Source: Diplonema japonicum
Lineage: Eukaryota > Protista > Euglenozoa: Diplonemea
NCBI GenBank assembly: GCA_964019335.1
Contig: OZ025738.1
Span: 124,001 to 188,000 of the forward strand
DNA length: 64,000 bases
Direction of reading: 5' to 3'
The translations under genes were made by a program, and so were the position numbers. Below, one piece after another: positions 24,683-35,517 of the stretch; the stretch's first letter is position 1; each line of letters opens with the position of its first letter. The notes beneath the pieces are model-generated. The model was not told the DNA's origin. It ran no database searches and saw only the letters and a list, made by a program, of their open reading frames with translations.

Positions 24683-27600
24683 TTACTCTGTGTTGCTGTT
24701 TTGTGTCACGTCACCGTCGCTGAGAGCCTTCTTCACATCAGCTTTTCCTTCCGTGATGAGGATGTGTAATGCGTCGGTGTGCTCTTTACTAGCCGCTCTG
24801 CTATACGGGGTAGCACCGTTGTTGTCGGCCTTGTTCACATCTGCTTTTCCCTCCGTGATGAGGATACGTAATGAGTCAGCGAGCCCATTCTGAGCCGCCA
24901 TGAAACACGGGGTAGCACCGTTGTTGTCGGCCTTGTTCACATCTGCATTTCCCTCTGTGATGAGGATACGTAATGTGTCAACCTGTCCATTTTGAGCCGC
25001 CATGAAACACGGGGTAGCACCGTTCTTGTTGGCCTTGTCCACATCTGCCTTTCCTTCAGTGATGAGGATACGTAATGAGTCAGCGTGTCCATTCTGAGCC
25101 GCCATGAAACACGGGGTAGCACCGTTGTTGTCGGCCTTGTTCACATCTGCATTTCCCTCTGTGATGAGGATACGTAATGCGTCAACCTGTCCATTTTGAG
25201 CCGCCATGAAACACGGGGTAGCACCGTTCTTGTTGGCCTTGTCCACATCTGCCTTTCCTTCCGTGATGAGGATACGTAATGAGTCAGCGTGTCCATTCTG
25301 AGCCGCCATGAAACACGGGGTAGTACCGTTTTTGTCCTTGTTCACATCTGCCTTTCCCTCCGTGATGAGGATACGTAATGCGTCAGCGTGTCCATTCTGA
25401 GCCGCCATGTAACACGGGGTAGAACCGTTGTTGTTGGCCATGTTCACATCTGCCTTTCCCTCCGTGATGAGGATACGTAATGCGTCAACCTGTCCATTTT
25501 GAGCCGCCATGAAACACGGGGTAGCACCGTTCTTGTTGGCCTTGTTCACATCTGCCTTTCCTTCTGTGATGAGGATACGTAATGAGTCAGCGTGTCCATT
25601 CTGAGCCGCCATGAAACACGGGGTAGTACCGTTTTTGTCCTTGTTCACATCTGCCTTTCCCACCGTGATGAGGATACGTAATGCGTCAGCGTGTCCATTC
25701 TGAGCCGCCATGTAACACGGGGTAGAACCGTTGTTGTCCTTGTTCACATCTGCATTTCCCTCTGTGATGAGGATACGTAATGAGTCAGCGTGTCCATTCT
25801 GAGCCGCCACGAAACACGGGGTAGCACCGTCGTTTTCTGCCTTGTTCACATCTGCCTTTCCTTCAGTGATTAGGAAACGTAATGCGTCAGCGTGCCCATT
25901 CTGAGCCGCCGCGTAACATGGGGTAGTACCGTAGTCGTCGGCCTCGTTCACATCAACCTTTCCCTCCGTGATGAGGATACGTAATACGTCAACCTGTCCA
26001 TTAAGAGCCGCCATGACACACGGGGGCGCTTTAGAGACATCTTGCGTTACAAGATGATCGGCAATCCATTTCAGCCCTTCATGAAGCCCGGCGCCAGTCG
26101 CCAGTGTGCACGGCATTACACAAGCGTCTCCTTCCAGACCGCAAGCACGGGTCGTTTTTCCGTTAGAATTATCTTCTAAAACAAGAACCGGTGCATGAGG
26201 CATCTCATGGGGGATTTCCGTCCAGAGTTCAGTACTACTGTCCTTCAAGAGCGTCACTGCCTTCCCCAATGTCGTTTTCTCGCCGTGTAAAGGTACCAGC
26301 TGCACCATTGTACCGCCTATGCTAATTGGGGACTTCATGGCTTTATCCACTCCGATGCCTAACCACAGTGCTACGGCTTCTAGCAAGTACTCCGTTCCCA
26401 AAAACTGAGGGAGCACACCGCTGTCCTTGAGCCGTGACAGTTGTGATGCTAACCCGCACGTGTAAGCCTCGGGGATGATGTTGTAAAAACACGTCGTTGG
26501 TGCGAATCTTCCGCCGTCGGACAACGTGAGCTGTTCTTCCCATGACACCGCCCGGCCGTCTACAGGAGCGGGGGACATCTCCCACGGCGTCCCGACCGTG
26601 AGAGGGATGGGCGACAGCATAGGGCTCGCTACGTGCACCTTCTCCGGACTGTTGCTCGTCATGAAAAAAACGTGTGTTTTCGATTTGTTGTACGCCTCAA
26701 AGACACCTTTGGTGTTCTGCCCTGCAGCATGACTGAATATCGCAGCATGGCTTTTCGGTTTGAACATTCGTATTGTTTTTCTAACAATGTGTCTGCTGCC
26801 GTCCATGGGGGTGTCCTCTACATGCGGGCGTCCGTCGACCTCGAAAACGGAGATCCGCTTCACGCCGTCGTCCAGCATTACACTGCAAGCCCACGACGCC
26901 ACATCAGGGGACACTGTGTTCGCCCCGTTCTCGACCCCAATCTGGACCACCTTGTCAGCGAATGTGATGTCAACGTGGCTGCTCTCATCGCTAGGCTGCT
27001 CCCCAACACTTCCCTTCCGTGCTTGGGGTAAGAGAGTATTGAGCATCCAATGCTTTTCATCTTCTATGTACACAGACGTGAATATTGAACCAGATCCCTT
27101 GCACAACCCACGTATTGCATGGGCATACTTCAGTAGTGACTGAGATGGGGTGATAATGTACACGGCGTGCCTGGAGCTTATCGAACGCATGAACTTCTTT
27201 TCACCGCCGTGGATGAACTCGGAGGTTGTTAAAACAACAACGTGAAATGGGCTCGGCGGCTTGTTATCGTCCACGTCTTCCTCCGGCACGTCGTTCAACG
27301 TTGTGACAAAATTGAACGCCAGCTTCAATTCAGGGTTTTCAATTAGATCCGCCGCACGGGCTGTGTCACCTAAGACGGCAACGAAAGGGTTGACCACCCT
27401 ACACGCTAGAGCAACAACCATTTCACGAACGTTCTGACCGGTCTTTGCGGAAACATTGAAGTGGAGGGAGAGAGGCGGGGCGTTTTCTCTCACCCATTCT
27501 GCGTACTGTTTCTGAATTGGGCTGTCGGGGCCGTCTAGGTCTGTCTTGTTTACCACGAATGCGATGACTGTTCCTTTCACGCATAGCTCTTTCGTGCTGT

Positions 27601-27931
27601 TATATGTATCTCGAAGCCTCTCGACACCTCCTTCTGTGCAATCCCCAACATAAACAACAGCCTTTATCCCACGAAAGTACGAGTCACGGATTGCGAAGAA
27701 CCTCTCATCGCCAGAGGTGTCCCACATTTGTAGCTTGGCAGGGGGGTTAGTTTCATTGACAACATGAACTAAGAAGTCGATCCCGACGGTGCGAACGGTG
27801 TTGGTTTCCATTTCCTTGTTGGGGCTTGCGATCCTCTTCACGAGGCACGACTTCCCCACTGTTCCATTACCCACGAAGAGCACCTTTGTCAACGTTGCCT
27901 TTTGCGGTACATTGTCCTCTTCATCACTCAT
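24683..27931 (-). CDS. Rab-like small GTPase + unknown middle region + Arf-like remnant + ~13 ankyrin repeats
   Basis: G1 GNGTVGKS, TVGIDF, WDTSG, NKTD and SAK motifs; PCTLATGAGLHEGLKWIADHL resembles an Arf C-terminus; 33-34-aa GATPCFMAAQNGHADSLRILITEGKADVN repeats. Confidence 0.88.
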   Translation of the reverse strand: MSDEEDNVPQKATLTKVLFVGNGTVGKSCLVKRIASPNKEMETNTVRTVGIDFLVHVVNETNPPAKLQMWDTSGDERFFAIRDSYFRGIKAVVYVGDCTEGGVERLRDTYNSTKELCVKGTVIAFVVNKTDLDGPDSPIQKQYAEWVRENAPPLSLHFNVSAKTGQNVREMVVALACRVVNPFVAVLGDTARAADLIENPELKLAFNFVTTLNDVPEEDVDDNKPPSPFHVVVLTTSEFIHGGEKKFMRSISSRHAVYIITPSQSLLKYAHAIRGLCKGSGSIFTSVYIEDEKHWMLNTLLPQARKGSVGEQPSDESSHVDITFADKVVQIGVENGANTVSPDVASWACSVMLDDGVKRISVFEVDGRPHVEDTPMDGSRHIVRKTIRMFKPKSHAAIFSHAAGQNTKGVFEAYNKSKTHVFFMTSNSPEKVHVASPMLSPIPLTVGTPWEMSPAPVDGRAVSWEEQLTLSDGGRFAPTTCFYNIIPEAYTCGLASQLSRLKDSGVLPQFLGTEYLLEAVALWLGIGVDKAMKSPISIGGTMVQLVPLHGEKTTLGKAVTLLKDSSTELWTEIPHEMPHAPVLVLEDNSNGKTTRACGLEGDACVMPCTLATGAGLHEGLKWIADHLVTQDVSKAPPCVMAALNGQVDVLRILITEGKVDVNEADDYGTTPCYAAAQNGHADALRFLITEGKADVNKAENDGATPCFVAAQNGHADSLRILITEGNADVNKDNNGSTPCYMAAQNGHADALRILITVGKADVNKDKNGTTPCFMAAQNGHADSLRILITEGKADVNKANKNGATPCFMAAQNGQVDALRILITEGKADVNMANNNGSTPCYMAAQNGHADALRILITEGKADVNKDKNGTTPCFMAAQNGHADSLRILITEGKADVDKANKNGATPCFMAAQNGQVDALRILITEGNADVNKADNNGATPCFMAAQNGHADSLRILITEGKADVDKANKNGATPCFMAAQNGQVDTLRILITEGNADVNKADNNGATPCFMAAQNGLADSLRILITEGKADVNKADNNGATPYSRAASKEHTDALHILITEGKADVKKALSDGDVTQNSNTE

Positions 27932-28337
27932 TTCTTTCCCCTAATTCTGTAAAAAATTAAAAAAAATAAAAAAAAAAGATGGAGGTGACACGGAACGAGA
28001 TACTTCATTTGATGACTTCATCGGGGCACAGCTCGAGATCGGTTAAGAGCTCATGGTGATGGGAGAGAAGGGACACAAGACATATACGCGAAAGAGCTGC
28101 AAAAGATCGCGGGGACATACGCCAAAGAAAAGAAAAACAAAACACAGAAGGAGAATTTAAAAAAAAAGGAGGGGGCACAATATAATGACAGCCCTTATTG
28201 GGCTCTCTTCATTTGCGCTTGGCACCAATGGAACAGCTGAGGGGTGGCCATCGGTTGTTTTTTTTTTTTTTTTGGAAAGGGAAGAATGAAAGAAAAAAGA
28301 AAATGGTGGCTAGAGATAAAAAAAAATAGCTATTTAT

Positions 28338-28846
28338 TGCCAACAAATTATGAGTTATTATTTAACTCGAGTTCCCGAATTTTTTGCACGAGGGCCCGCA
28401 GGGCCCGTGCAAAAAAAACAGTAACGAGAGTTAAATAATGGCTCATTTGGCGGCAAGTAAGTCGTTTTATTTCACTCTTCGTCATTTGAGTCACTCACTC
28501 TCACTGCTTTCACTGCTGTTTCTTTCCACGCAGGTCAGCCTTTTTGGGGATTTTCCTAAGGTAATATGGGGTTGCTATTTCGCCGTGGCATTTAAAGGGG
28601 AAGTAAAGCACTTATTCCCACTTTTAAGGGCTGGAATGGCCTCAGATGGCCAAAAATAGTCAAAATACCCCGCCCCCAAATAAATTTTTCAAGGGGTTGG
28701 GTACATTTCTTTCCACGACAAGATCATTTTTTCACTCTGAAGCCCCATAATTTAACTCCAAAATCTCATAATTTAACTAGTTGCCGTTTCGCGTTAAATT
28801 ATGAGGCCCTTAGTGAGTGAAGAAAATGACGAAGAGTGAAATAAAA
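28338..28846. repeat. nested inverted-repeat element (MITE-like)
   Basis: ~100-bp hairpin at 28350-28446; 23-bp IR TTTTATTTCACTCTTCGTCATTT (28465-28487 and 28824-28846); 13-bp IR hairpin at 28765-28805. Confidence 0.75.
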
Positions 28847-29010
28847 AAAACAAAAAGCATAGAAGTTAGATAGGATTTATTGAACTGTATCTTCAATTGT
28901 GTGAGAATAAAAAAAAAAACCGTCTTCGATGTTGAACAAATGCAAAAAAAAAAAACTCAAAGTACAGGACAAGCCCCCCGCTAGAGGGCCGCCCTATGGG
29001 AGGGGGGGGT

Positions 29011-32000
29011 CTATCTGTTAATACTCCCCTTCTGGAGCATTGCTTTCATTCCGATTGAGGCCGTGAGCGTCTTGCGGAGTCGTGTGATGCGGTCCCGCTT
29101 GTAGTCGGCTTTCAATTCCATTAGCTTGTCGTGCGTGGAGCGGGTGGCGAAAATAGGCCTCCTGGAGAAACCAATAGCTGCCTTTCCTCCAATGGCGATG
29201 AGGGACTTCACTCTTTTTCTCTCGTCCGCTGGGAAGGGGCGTCGCTTCTTCCGTGCCCTGCATGCTGTGTTTATCTTTACGATGAGAGCTTTGATTCTGC
29301 GCGCCCTATCTTCCAGCAGGCCTCCCAAAGACTTTCCGGTCGTCCATTCGAAGTCAATGGCCAGTTCCACCGCCGACACCTCCGAGGTGGTGTCCTTCTC
29401 CACCCAGCGCAGTTGTGACAACCATTGTAGCAGCGGGTTCAGGTACTGGGACAGGACCCCGCTCACTCCTTCGAGCTCGCCAGCTATCGGAACGGGGCAT
29501 TTCTTACCTACCACATTTCGAATCCACGGTAGCGGCTGTGTGTTGACATCCTCCTTCTGCATGAGCTCTACGTCTCGTTTCTCAACCACCACGGCTAAGT
29601 ATCGTTGCAGCTTGTCTAGGTACGCAAAGTCATGTCCTCTCGGCAGAATCGCGTGCAATTCCAGACATTGGGGCCATCCTGTCCTGTTGCGCAGTGGTTC
29701 CAAGCCGTCCTGTGCTAGCTCTTCCTGTGCGCAGGCGCACTCGTAGAGTTGGTGGCGGAGTAGGGTTACCGTGTCCGGGTACGGTGATTCACACAGGTCG
29801 CACCTGAACCCTTGTGTGCGTGATACTGTCGTTGTTGGGACTTGGCTTATGCTCTCTTCGACTTCTTCGGTGCCGTCACCTTCTGGTGCCAGGGGGACGC
29901 TTCTTTGATTCGTTCCTGCATGCGGGCTAAGGTAGGGGACCCGTCTCAGGCAGTAGGACATGAGCGGGTCTTTGGCTGTTTTCCATAGTTGGTTGGTTTT
30001 GGGATCCGCTCCCGCCTCCATCCCTCTCACTGTGTTCCTCTCGCCAGCGACCTGCTCCGGGCTTTCCTCACCGCGTCCCTAAAGACGTGTCCGCGTTCGG
30101 CCCAGGGTTTGTTCCCACAGTCTAGCAATTGCGCCCAGCTCCATCCTATATAGGGGAGCCACCGACAGACCAGGTTGCCTACTGGTCCCATCGGGGTGGA
30201 CCCCGTGCCGTACCCCGCAGCGATCCGCATGCATCTCTGTCGTAGTCGTTCGTCGTCGAGCGCTCCGGACACCACCTTCAGGGAGTGGTATATCACATAG
30301 GAGAGGGGATCGTTTGTGTGCCCCTTCAAGAGGACTGTGTTCACTGCGGTAGGAGAGCGTCCACGGTGGTGAGGGCCCCATAGGTTGCATGTTACCCTTG
30401 TCGACAATTTCTTGAGCGTCTCGTCACATGGGGGGGAGAACGGTCCGCTGTAGAGGCATGACGGAAGAATCGTCGTGCTGACCATGTGTGCTTTCGTCTC
30501 GAAGGCTAACCTCGTGCAACCCAGCCGGTCTAGCGAGTCAAGCGCATTCGCGGTCGGTTTGTTCCATTTCGTCCCTGTCCTGCGCGTGTTGATTTTCACG
30601 CCAAGCCCTTTGAGGTCCGACACCGTCTTGTATGGTACAGGTACTTCCGAGCCTTTCTTCATCGCCGTTCGGTCTCCCACGACTCTCGACTTGAACCCTT
30701 CCGCGGTGCCAAAGCCCACCGTCTTTTCCTCGTTGACCTGCATCTCCGTCAGGTCGCAAAACTCTAGAGTCCCTTCGACCGCTGCCTGCAGTGAGTCCCG
30801 CAGCTTCGCTAACAGATAGGCGTCGTCGGCATATGCTAGCACCTCGGCGTCCGGCGCTACCTGCTCGACGGCCCGTATCATGATGGACAGCAAGGCGTTG
30901 ATGATGATGACCGACAGCGGGCACCCCTGGAGGATTCCGTTTGTGGCCTCAAACGTGTCACCAACTCCTATGGGGTACTTGAACCTCCTCGTGATCTGGG
31001 AGTACATCCCTTGGAGTGCTCTTCCTATAGATTCGTCCATTCCCAGGGCGCTCATGAGGTCAAGGGACAGCTGTTGTGGCACCAGGTCGAAGCACTTTCT
31101 AAAATCCAGGGCCAGTCCCTCCAGCGGCTCCCCATCCACCAAAGCCAGCTCCAGCTTGGTACACAGTTCCATGAGGGCTGTCGTCGTACTGTGCTTGGGC
31201 CTAAACCCGTGCTGTCTCGGCGTGATCCAACGTTCCTGCCAGTCAAGGACACCCTTCAGCCTCGTACTCTTGATCACTTCCCTCAGCTGTTCCGCTGTGA
31301 TCGAAGTACGCGACATTAGGGTTTTCTTGATCATGTTCCCGTAGCGCTGTGCAAATCGTTCGTACTGTGGCTCGTCCTCTGGTGTCCGTGGAGAAAAGAC
31401 GCCCGACCAAGCGATCACCTCGTCCATCTTCCGTAGGTTTGCGGTCACTCCACCATCTGCCGTCTCAACCACATCTGTCCTTTGGTTTGGGTGGTCTTTG
31501 ATCCAGGCTGTGATGTGTCTGCGCTCCTTCCCAAAATCAGAGCGTATTGAACGTTCGTATGCTTTCGCCTGCATGTTCTTGCGGCATAGGAGCAGCTCCG
31601 ACAACATTCCCTGGGAGTAGTCCTCAGCTATTTCAAGCTCCCCCCTGATGCTATCAATACTCCCTGTCGCGTCGATCTTGCAGAACTCGACCTTCAGCTC
31701 TTCCCCTAGCGTCGTTATGTTTCTGAGCGCGTTCCGTATCTCCACCGGGAGCGGCCCGCAGTGTCCACCCTCATAGAGTTTCAACATTTGCTGTTTTGCA
31801 CTTCGAATTTTGAGCTTCAACTTCTCAAGCCGCTGTTGTCGATTTGTTGCCGCCCCGACTGCCGACTCCGTTGACCTCGCACTCAGCTCTGACCTCGTAG
31901 GCTCCCGTACCTTGCCCCTCCCGGTGTATACGTTGCGTACCGGTCCCATGTACCCATGTAGTAGGTATTGTTCCGCAAGGTCTGATATCTCTGAGAAAGC

Positions 32001-33038
32001 TTCGGTTGGCCTCTGTGCTGCAATGAACTCACGGTACCTCGACTTCTGCATCAGTGTCTCCGCTATTCCGACTGGCGCCTTCTTGGTCTTTGGTATCTCC
32101 TGCGGGACGGTGTATCTTAGGACTTCTTGTCGAAAGGCTGGGATGTTGAGTGTTACCGACAGGCATCGGTGGTCCGACCCGGAGATAGCCTCGCTTACTC
32201 CGCAATGCTCGAGCCCCTGGGCCGCGATGTTGTTCAACAGTACCCTATCAACCCGCGTATTGCAATTGGTTCTGACAAGTGTGCTCTCTACCTGTACTCC
32301 ATCCCTCCGAGCACAGAATGCAGCGGCGTCTATCCAGTCCGTCTGTAAAGCCCTCCTTAGTGTGGCGGATCGGGTTTCGTCCGTGTTGAAGTCCCCCACT
32401 ACTGCCACCAGCACGTCTCCCAGCTCGAACTTGAGTCGGTGTAGTAGGTAATGGAGAAGCTCTTCACGGTACTTTGCCTTCGTCGGGTCTTGGCCTGAGT
32501 GGCAGTATACATTCACCAGGTGGAGCCATCGCTTGTTCCCATCAAGTGAGATCTTTACGTGTGACCATCTGTCTTTATGCGGCCCAGTCGTTTCACAGAT
32601 CACCGCTGTCCGTGGTTTCTTCACAAAGGTCCCCAATCCGCCTCGCTTCGCTATCGTCAGAGACGTGACACCTTTGGTCTCCCTCCCTGGTTGTGGTTTG
32701 CTCCAGAATCTGGTGTACTGTCTGCCCCAAACATCATCTCTCAGCACGTGCTCGATCTCCAGCTGCGTCTGTGCCGTGAGGGCAGTTTCTTGGATGCAGA
32801 ACGCGTCCGGGAGGACAGTAGAGTACTCACCCAGCCGGTTGTTCAGTGCTGAGCCGTTGTGTGTGAGAATGGTGAAACTCTCTCGACCTGGTCCGGGGTG
32901 GGGTTCGACACCCTGTTCGATGAGGCGCTCAAACTTCTTGTCAGATAGACGTATCGGGTCGTATTTGGACGGACGGGAATGGGAATGGAGTGGAGGGAGT
33001 GGGTTTGAGGGGTGGGTTTGGGGGGAGTTCTCCTGGAG
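29011..33038 (-). pseudogene. family A ORF2: 2A-like peptide, APE, RT (internally deleted), Zn finger; frameshift at ~30030
   Basis: Open from 33038, right after the ORF1 TGA, to 30027; continues in another frame 30030-29011. The early RT motifs appear missing between VIK and STRLKG. Confidence 0.85.
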
Positions 33039-35199
33039 TCACTGCTCGCATTGCTCGCATCCGCGGCACTTTACCCTCTTGCAGTTCGGTATTATGCAGG
33101 TCTGCGCTGGGTTGCTTTTCGTGATGTTCCCGTCACAGTAGTGGCACACCCCCTTCCAGTTTTGGTACGTCCCGTTGTAGACGTGGCATACGCCCCTGCC
33201 CAGGCAGTCGTTGATGTCGGGGCCCTCGTCCAGGTCGATGTCGGTGTCATCGTCAGTTGGGGGGGGACCCAAGTCATCTTCCGTCTCCATGTCATCGTTT
33301 TCTCCCCCCTCGGCTAGCGAACGGGGCTGGTCTCTGTCCAGTCTCGAGACCGTCGCTTCCGTGAGAGCCTTTATCTGCTCGGTGAGAGCCGTCATCTGGG
33401 CGCGCATCTGCTGGACCTCCCCTCGCAGCTGCGCGTTCTCTCTCCGTAGCTCGACCACTTCCGTTGATGGCTCATCCCTGCTCGGTTCCGCCGCCAGCTT
33501 GCGGATCGCATTTTCAATGGCCGTAAGGCGGTCCTCAACAGCCGGGGTACCTGCCATCCTCGTCGTGGTGGACGTCTTTTCGGACTTCGGAGGGGCGACC
33601 TTTTTCGGGGGGGCAACCTTCTTTTCTGTAGTAGGAGGCTTGTGGCTTGGCTGGGTGGACCCCGTCACTGCACCAAGGTAGGACTTGCCTGTGGCTGCGA
33701 CCCCTGTCTTCGGTCTTCCCCATGACTGTGCAGTTGGTGTCTTCTTAATGGGCGGGCCTCCCACGTCGGGTGCTATCCTGCAGTGGAGAATCTGTCCTGT
33801 CGGGGATGTGATCCTCAGCGTCGTGGTTGGGGGTGTGCCTCCTCGGATGTACCAACACCTCAGGTTGTTGGTCCAGCCCCCGTGTAGAGGAACGGCCTCC
33901 CACTTCATGCTACGGAGTATTAACTCCACGTGCTCTACGCCGCATTGCCCGTACAGGCCCGTCAGTCGCCACCTCGGCTCCCCATGCTGTCCGCGCTGTC
34001 GTTCATCTTCGCCCAACACCTTGTCAAGGAGCGCGGTCTTCTTCTCCTCAGACGTCCTCACACCGAGGCGGCAGTCCGACTCACGAAGTGCTAGCCCCTG
34101 CTTTTCCGCCTCTGCCAGCTCTAGCGCTTCCTTCAATGTGGTCTCCTTCGGGAGCCAGGCGACGGGGGACCTCGGCACGTCCTTCGGCTTGACAAAGACA
34201 CCTCCCCTCCCGGACGTGCCCACGAACCTGTCGAGGCTGGCTCTTGGGATCGTCGCGAGCACGTCTATTCTCGGGGTCGGTCCTTCCATGATCCTGTCGA
34301 TCCTGTGGACCGTCTTGCAGCCTAAGCCCTGGAGGAGCTTTCGGGGTTCGGAGGTCACCTGCTCCCACCTCTGGGTTGAGGTGTGTGTCTTCGAGAAGAC
34401 GATCGCTACACGTGTGAACCTTGCGCCCAGGTCGATGTCCACTGTGTCCTTCGATGCGCACATGGAAATCTTCCCGCTCACTACGAACAAGAACATCTTT
34501 CTGTTGGTGAACTCACCGTCTGCCTTGAGTACGATGTCGTACTCGTGTCGTTCTGTGCCGCGGCGCTTGAGGATGAGCGCCTTGTTCCCGTCCCATCCCA
34601 TCTCCTTGGCCTCTCTTGCGTTTTCTTCGGTTGCGATGGCAACCCCGTCCTTCCCCGCCACCAGCTCTTCCCACGACACGAAGGGCTGGTCAAACTGCCC
34701 CTGCTCCAGCGACCAGCGTTTCGCTGCTTGTGGTACTTTCTGCGGCGGCTTGCTGTTTGGTCCTCTCCAGGATCTCGCCTCACCGTCCGAGATCGGAATG
34801 TCTACTCGCGGCAGTTTGAACTGCTGTACTGCTTTTTTCAGAACGTTTACGTTGAACGGTTCTGACGCGTTGAGATAAGCCCGACCGTCGAAGGCGACGT
34901 GGATGGGTAGCTTTTTGGACTCTCCCGAGATAGGTGAGACTGCGAGGGCGCCGTTATCGACCGTCAACAAGCGGACTGTCCTTCGCGTGCTGGGTGCAGT
35001 AGGTGTCGTAGTTCCCGGTGACGTTTACTTGGTATTCTTCGCTTCCTCGCAACTCTTGTATCATGCGGCGTCTAATGTCGCTTCCCTTCTTCCCTAGCTT
35101 CTCTCCGACCACTCCGTAGAAGGAGTTCCCGTTCCCGTTCCCGTACGCCTTTCTGTGCGCCGTCATCCCGAAGCCCTTCATAGCTTTTAAAATGTCCAT
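33039..35199 (-). pseudogene. family A ORF1 (frameshift/deletion near 34960)
   Basis: 81-aa and 643-aa ORFs in different frames; homologous to ORF 1-1296. Confidence 0.8.
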
Positions 35200-35479
35200 G
35201 GTTGACGTGGACCGCTGATGCTGAAATTGATGCTGTTGATGTGTTGTTTGCGCTCTTCTCTCCTTCCCTTCCTTGTACTAACCTAGAAACCTTTACCCTT
35301 CCTAAACTTATACACTTCCTTTGACCCTACACTTCTGTTTACTTTTATTTCCGTTACACTTTTACACTTCTTCTAAATCTTTATACTCCGTTGAACCTTG
35401 ATGTCGCGTTCTCACTTCCAATATTTGTATTTTCTTTTCAAACCGTTGCTGTGTGAACTTTATCGGCACGGTCGGACAC

Positions 35480-35517
35480 CAATAAAGTACAGAAACTGTA
35501 GCTTTAGAATCGTTGGT
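35480..35517 (-). ncRNA. spliced-leader (mini-exon) sequence, 38 of 39 nt, fused to the LINE 5' UTR
   Basis: ACCAACGATTCTAAAGCTACAGTTTCTGTACTTTATTG carries the kinetoplastid/diplonemid SL 3' half CAGTTTCTGTACT.TATTG and an AACCAACG-type 5' half (diplonemid type, from memory). Confidence 0.92.

Larger units (their letters stand above)
28956..35517 (-). mobile_element. full-length but decayed APE-type non-LTR retrotransposon (family A), SL-headed, inserted in a T-tract
   Basis: ORF1 (OTU-like, gag-like, coiled coil, Cys cluster); ORF2 with APE (THN, IQET, VGDFN, RVDRVL, SDH), RT (QHGFRP, LDFRKCFD, GILQGCPLS, YADD) and C-terminal Zn finger (CDLC..HQLYEC). T11-12 on both flanks. Confidence 0.93.

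Noticed and set aside
24700-26030. CRISPR-like array (regular ~102-bp repeats, also 51100-52200 and 62200-64000)
   Set aside because: These are coding ankyrin repeats, not repeat-spacer units.
28956-28975. SL-like CTGTACTTT at the LINE 3' end suggesting SL-gene targeting
   Set aside because: Only a 9-nt match, and the flank is a plain T-tract.
33039-33041. TGA reassigned as a sense codon genome-wide
   Set aside because: Ordinary genes here end in TGA (for example 7583, 35821 and 62151) and have no internal TGA.
35400-35517. functional SL RNA gene
   Set aside because: No GTATG intron start, Sm site, T-terminator or tandem array; the first SL nucleotide is missing.
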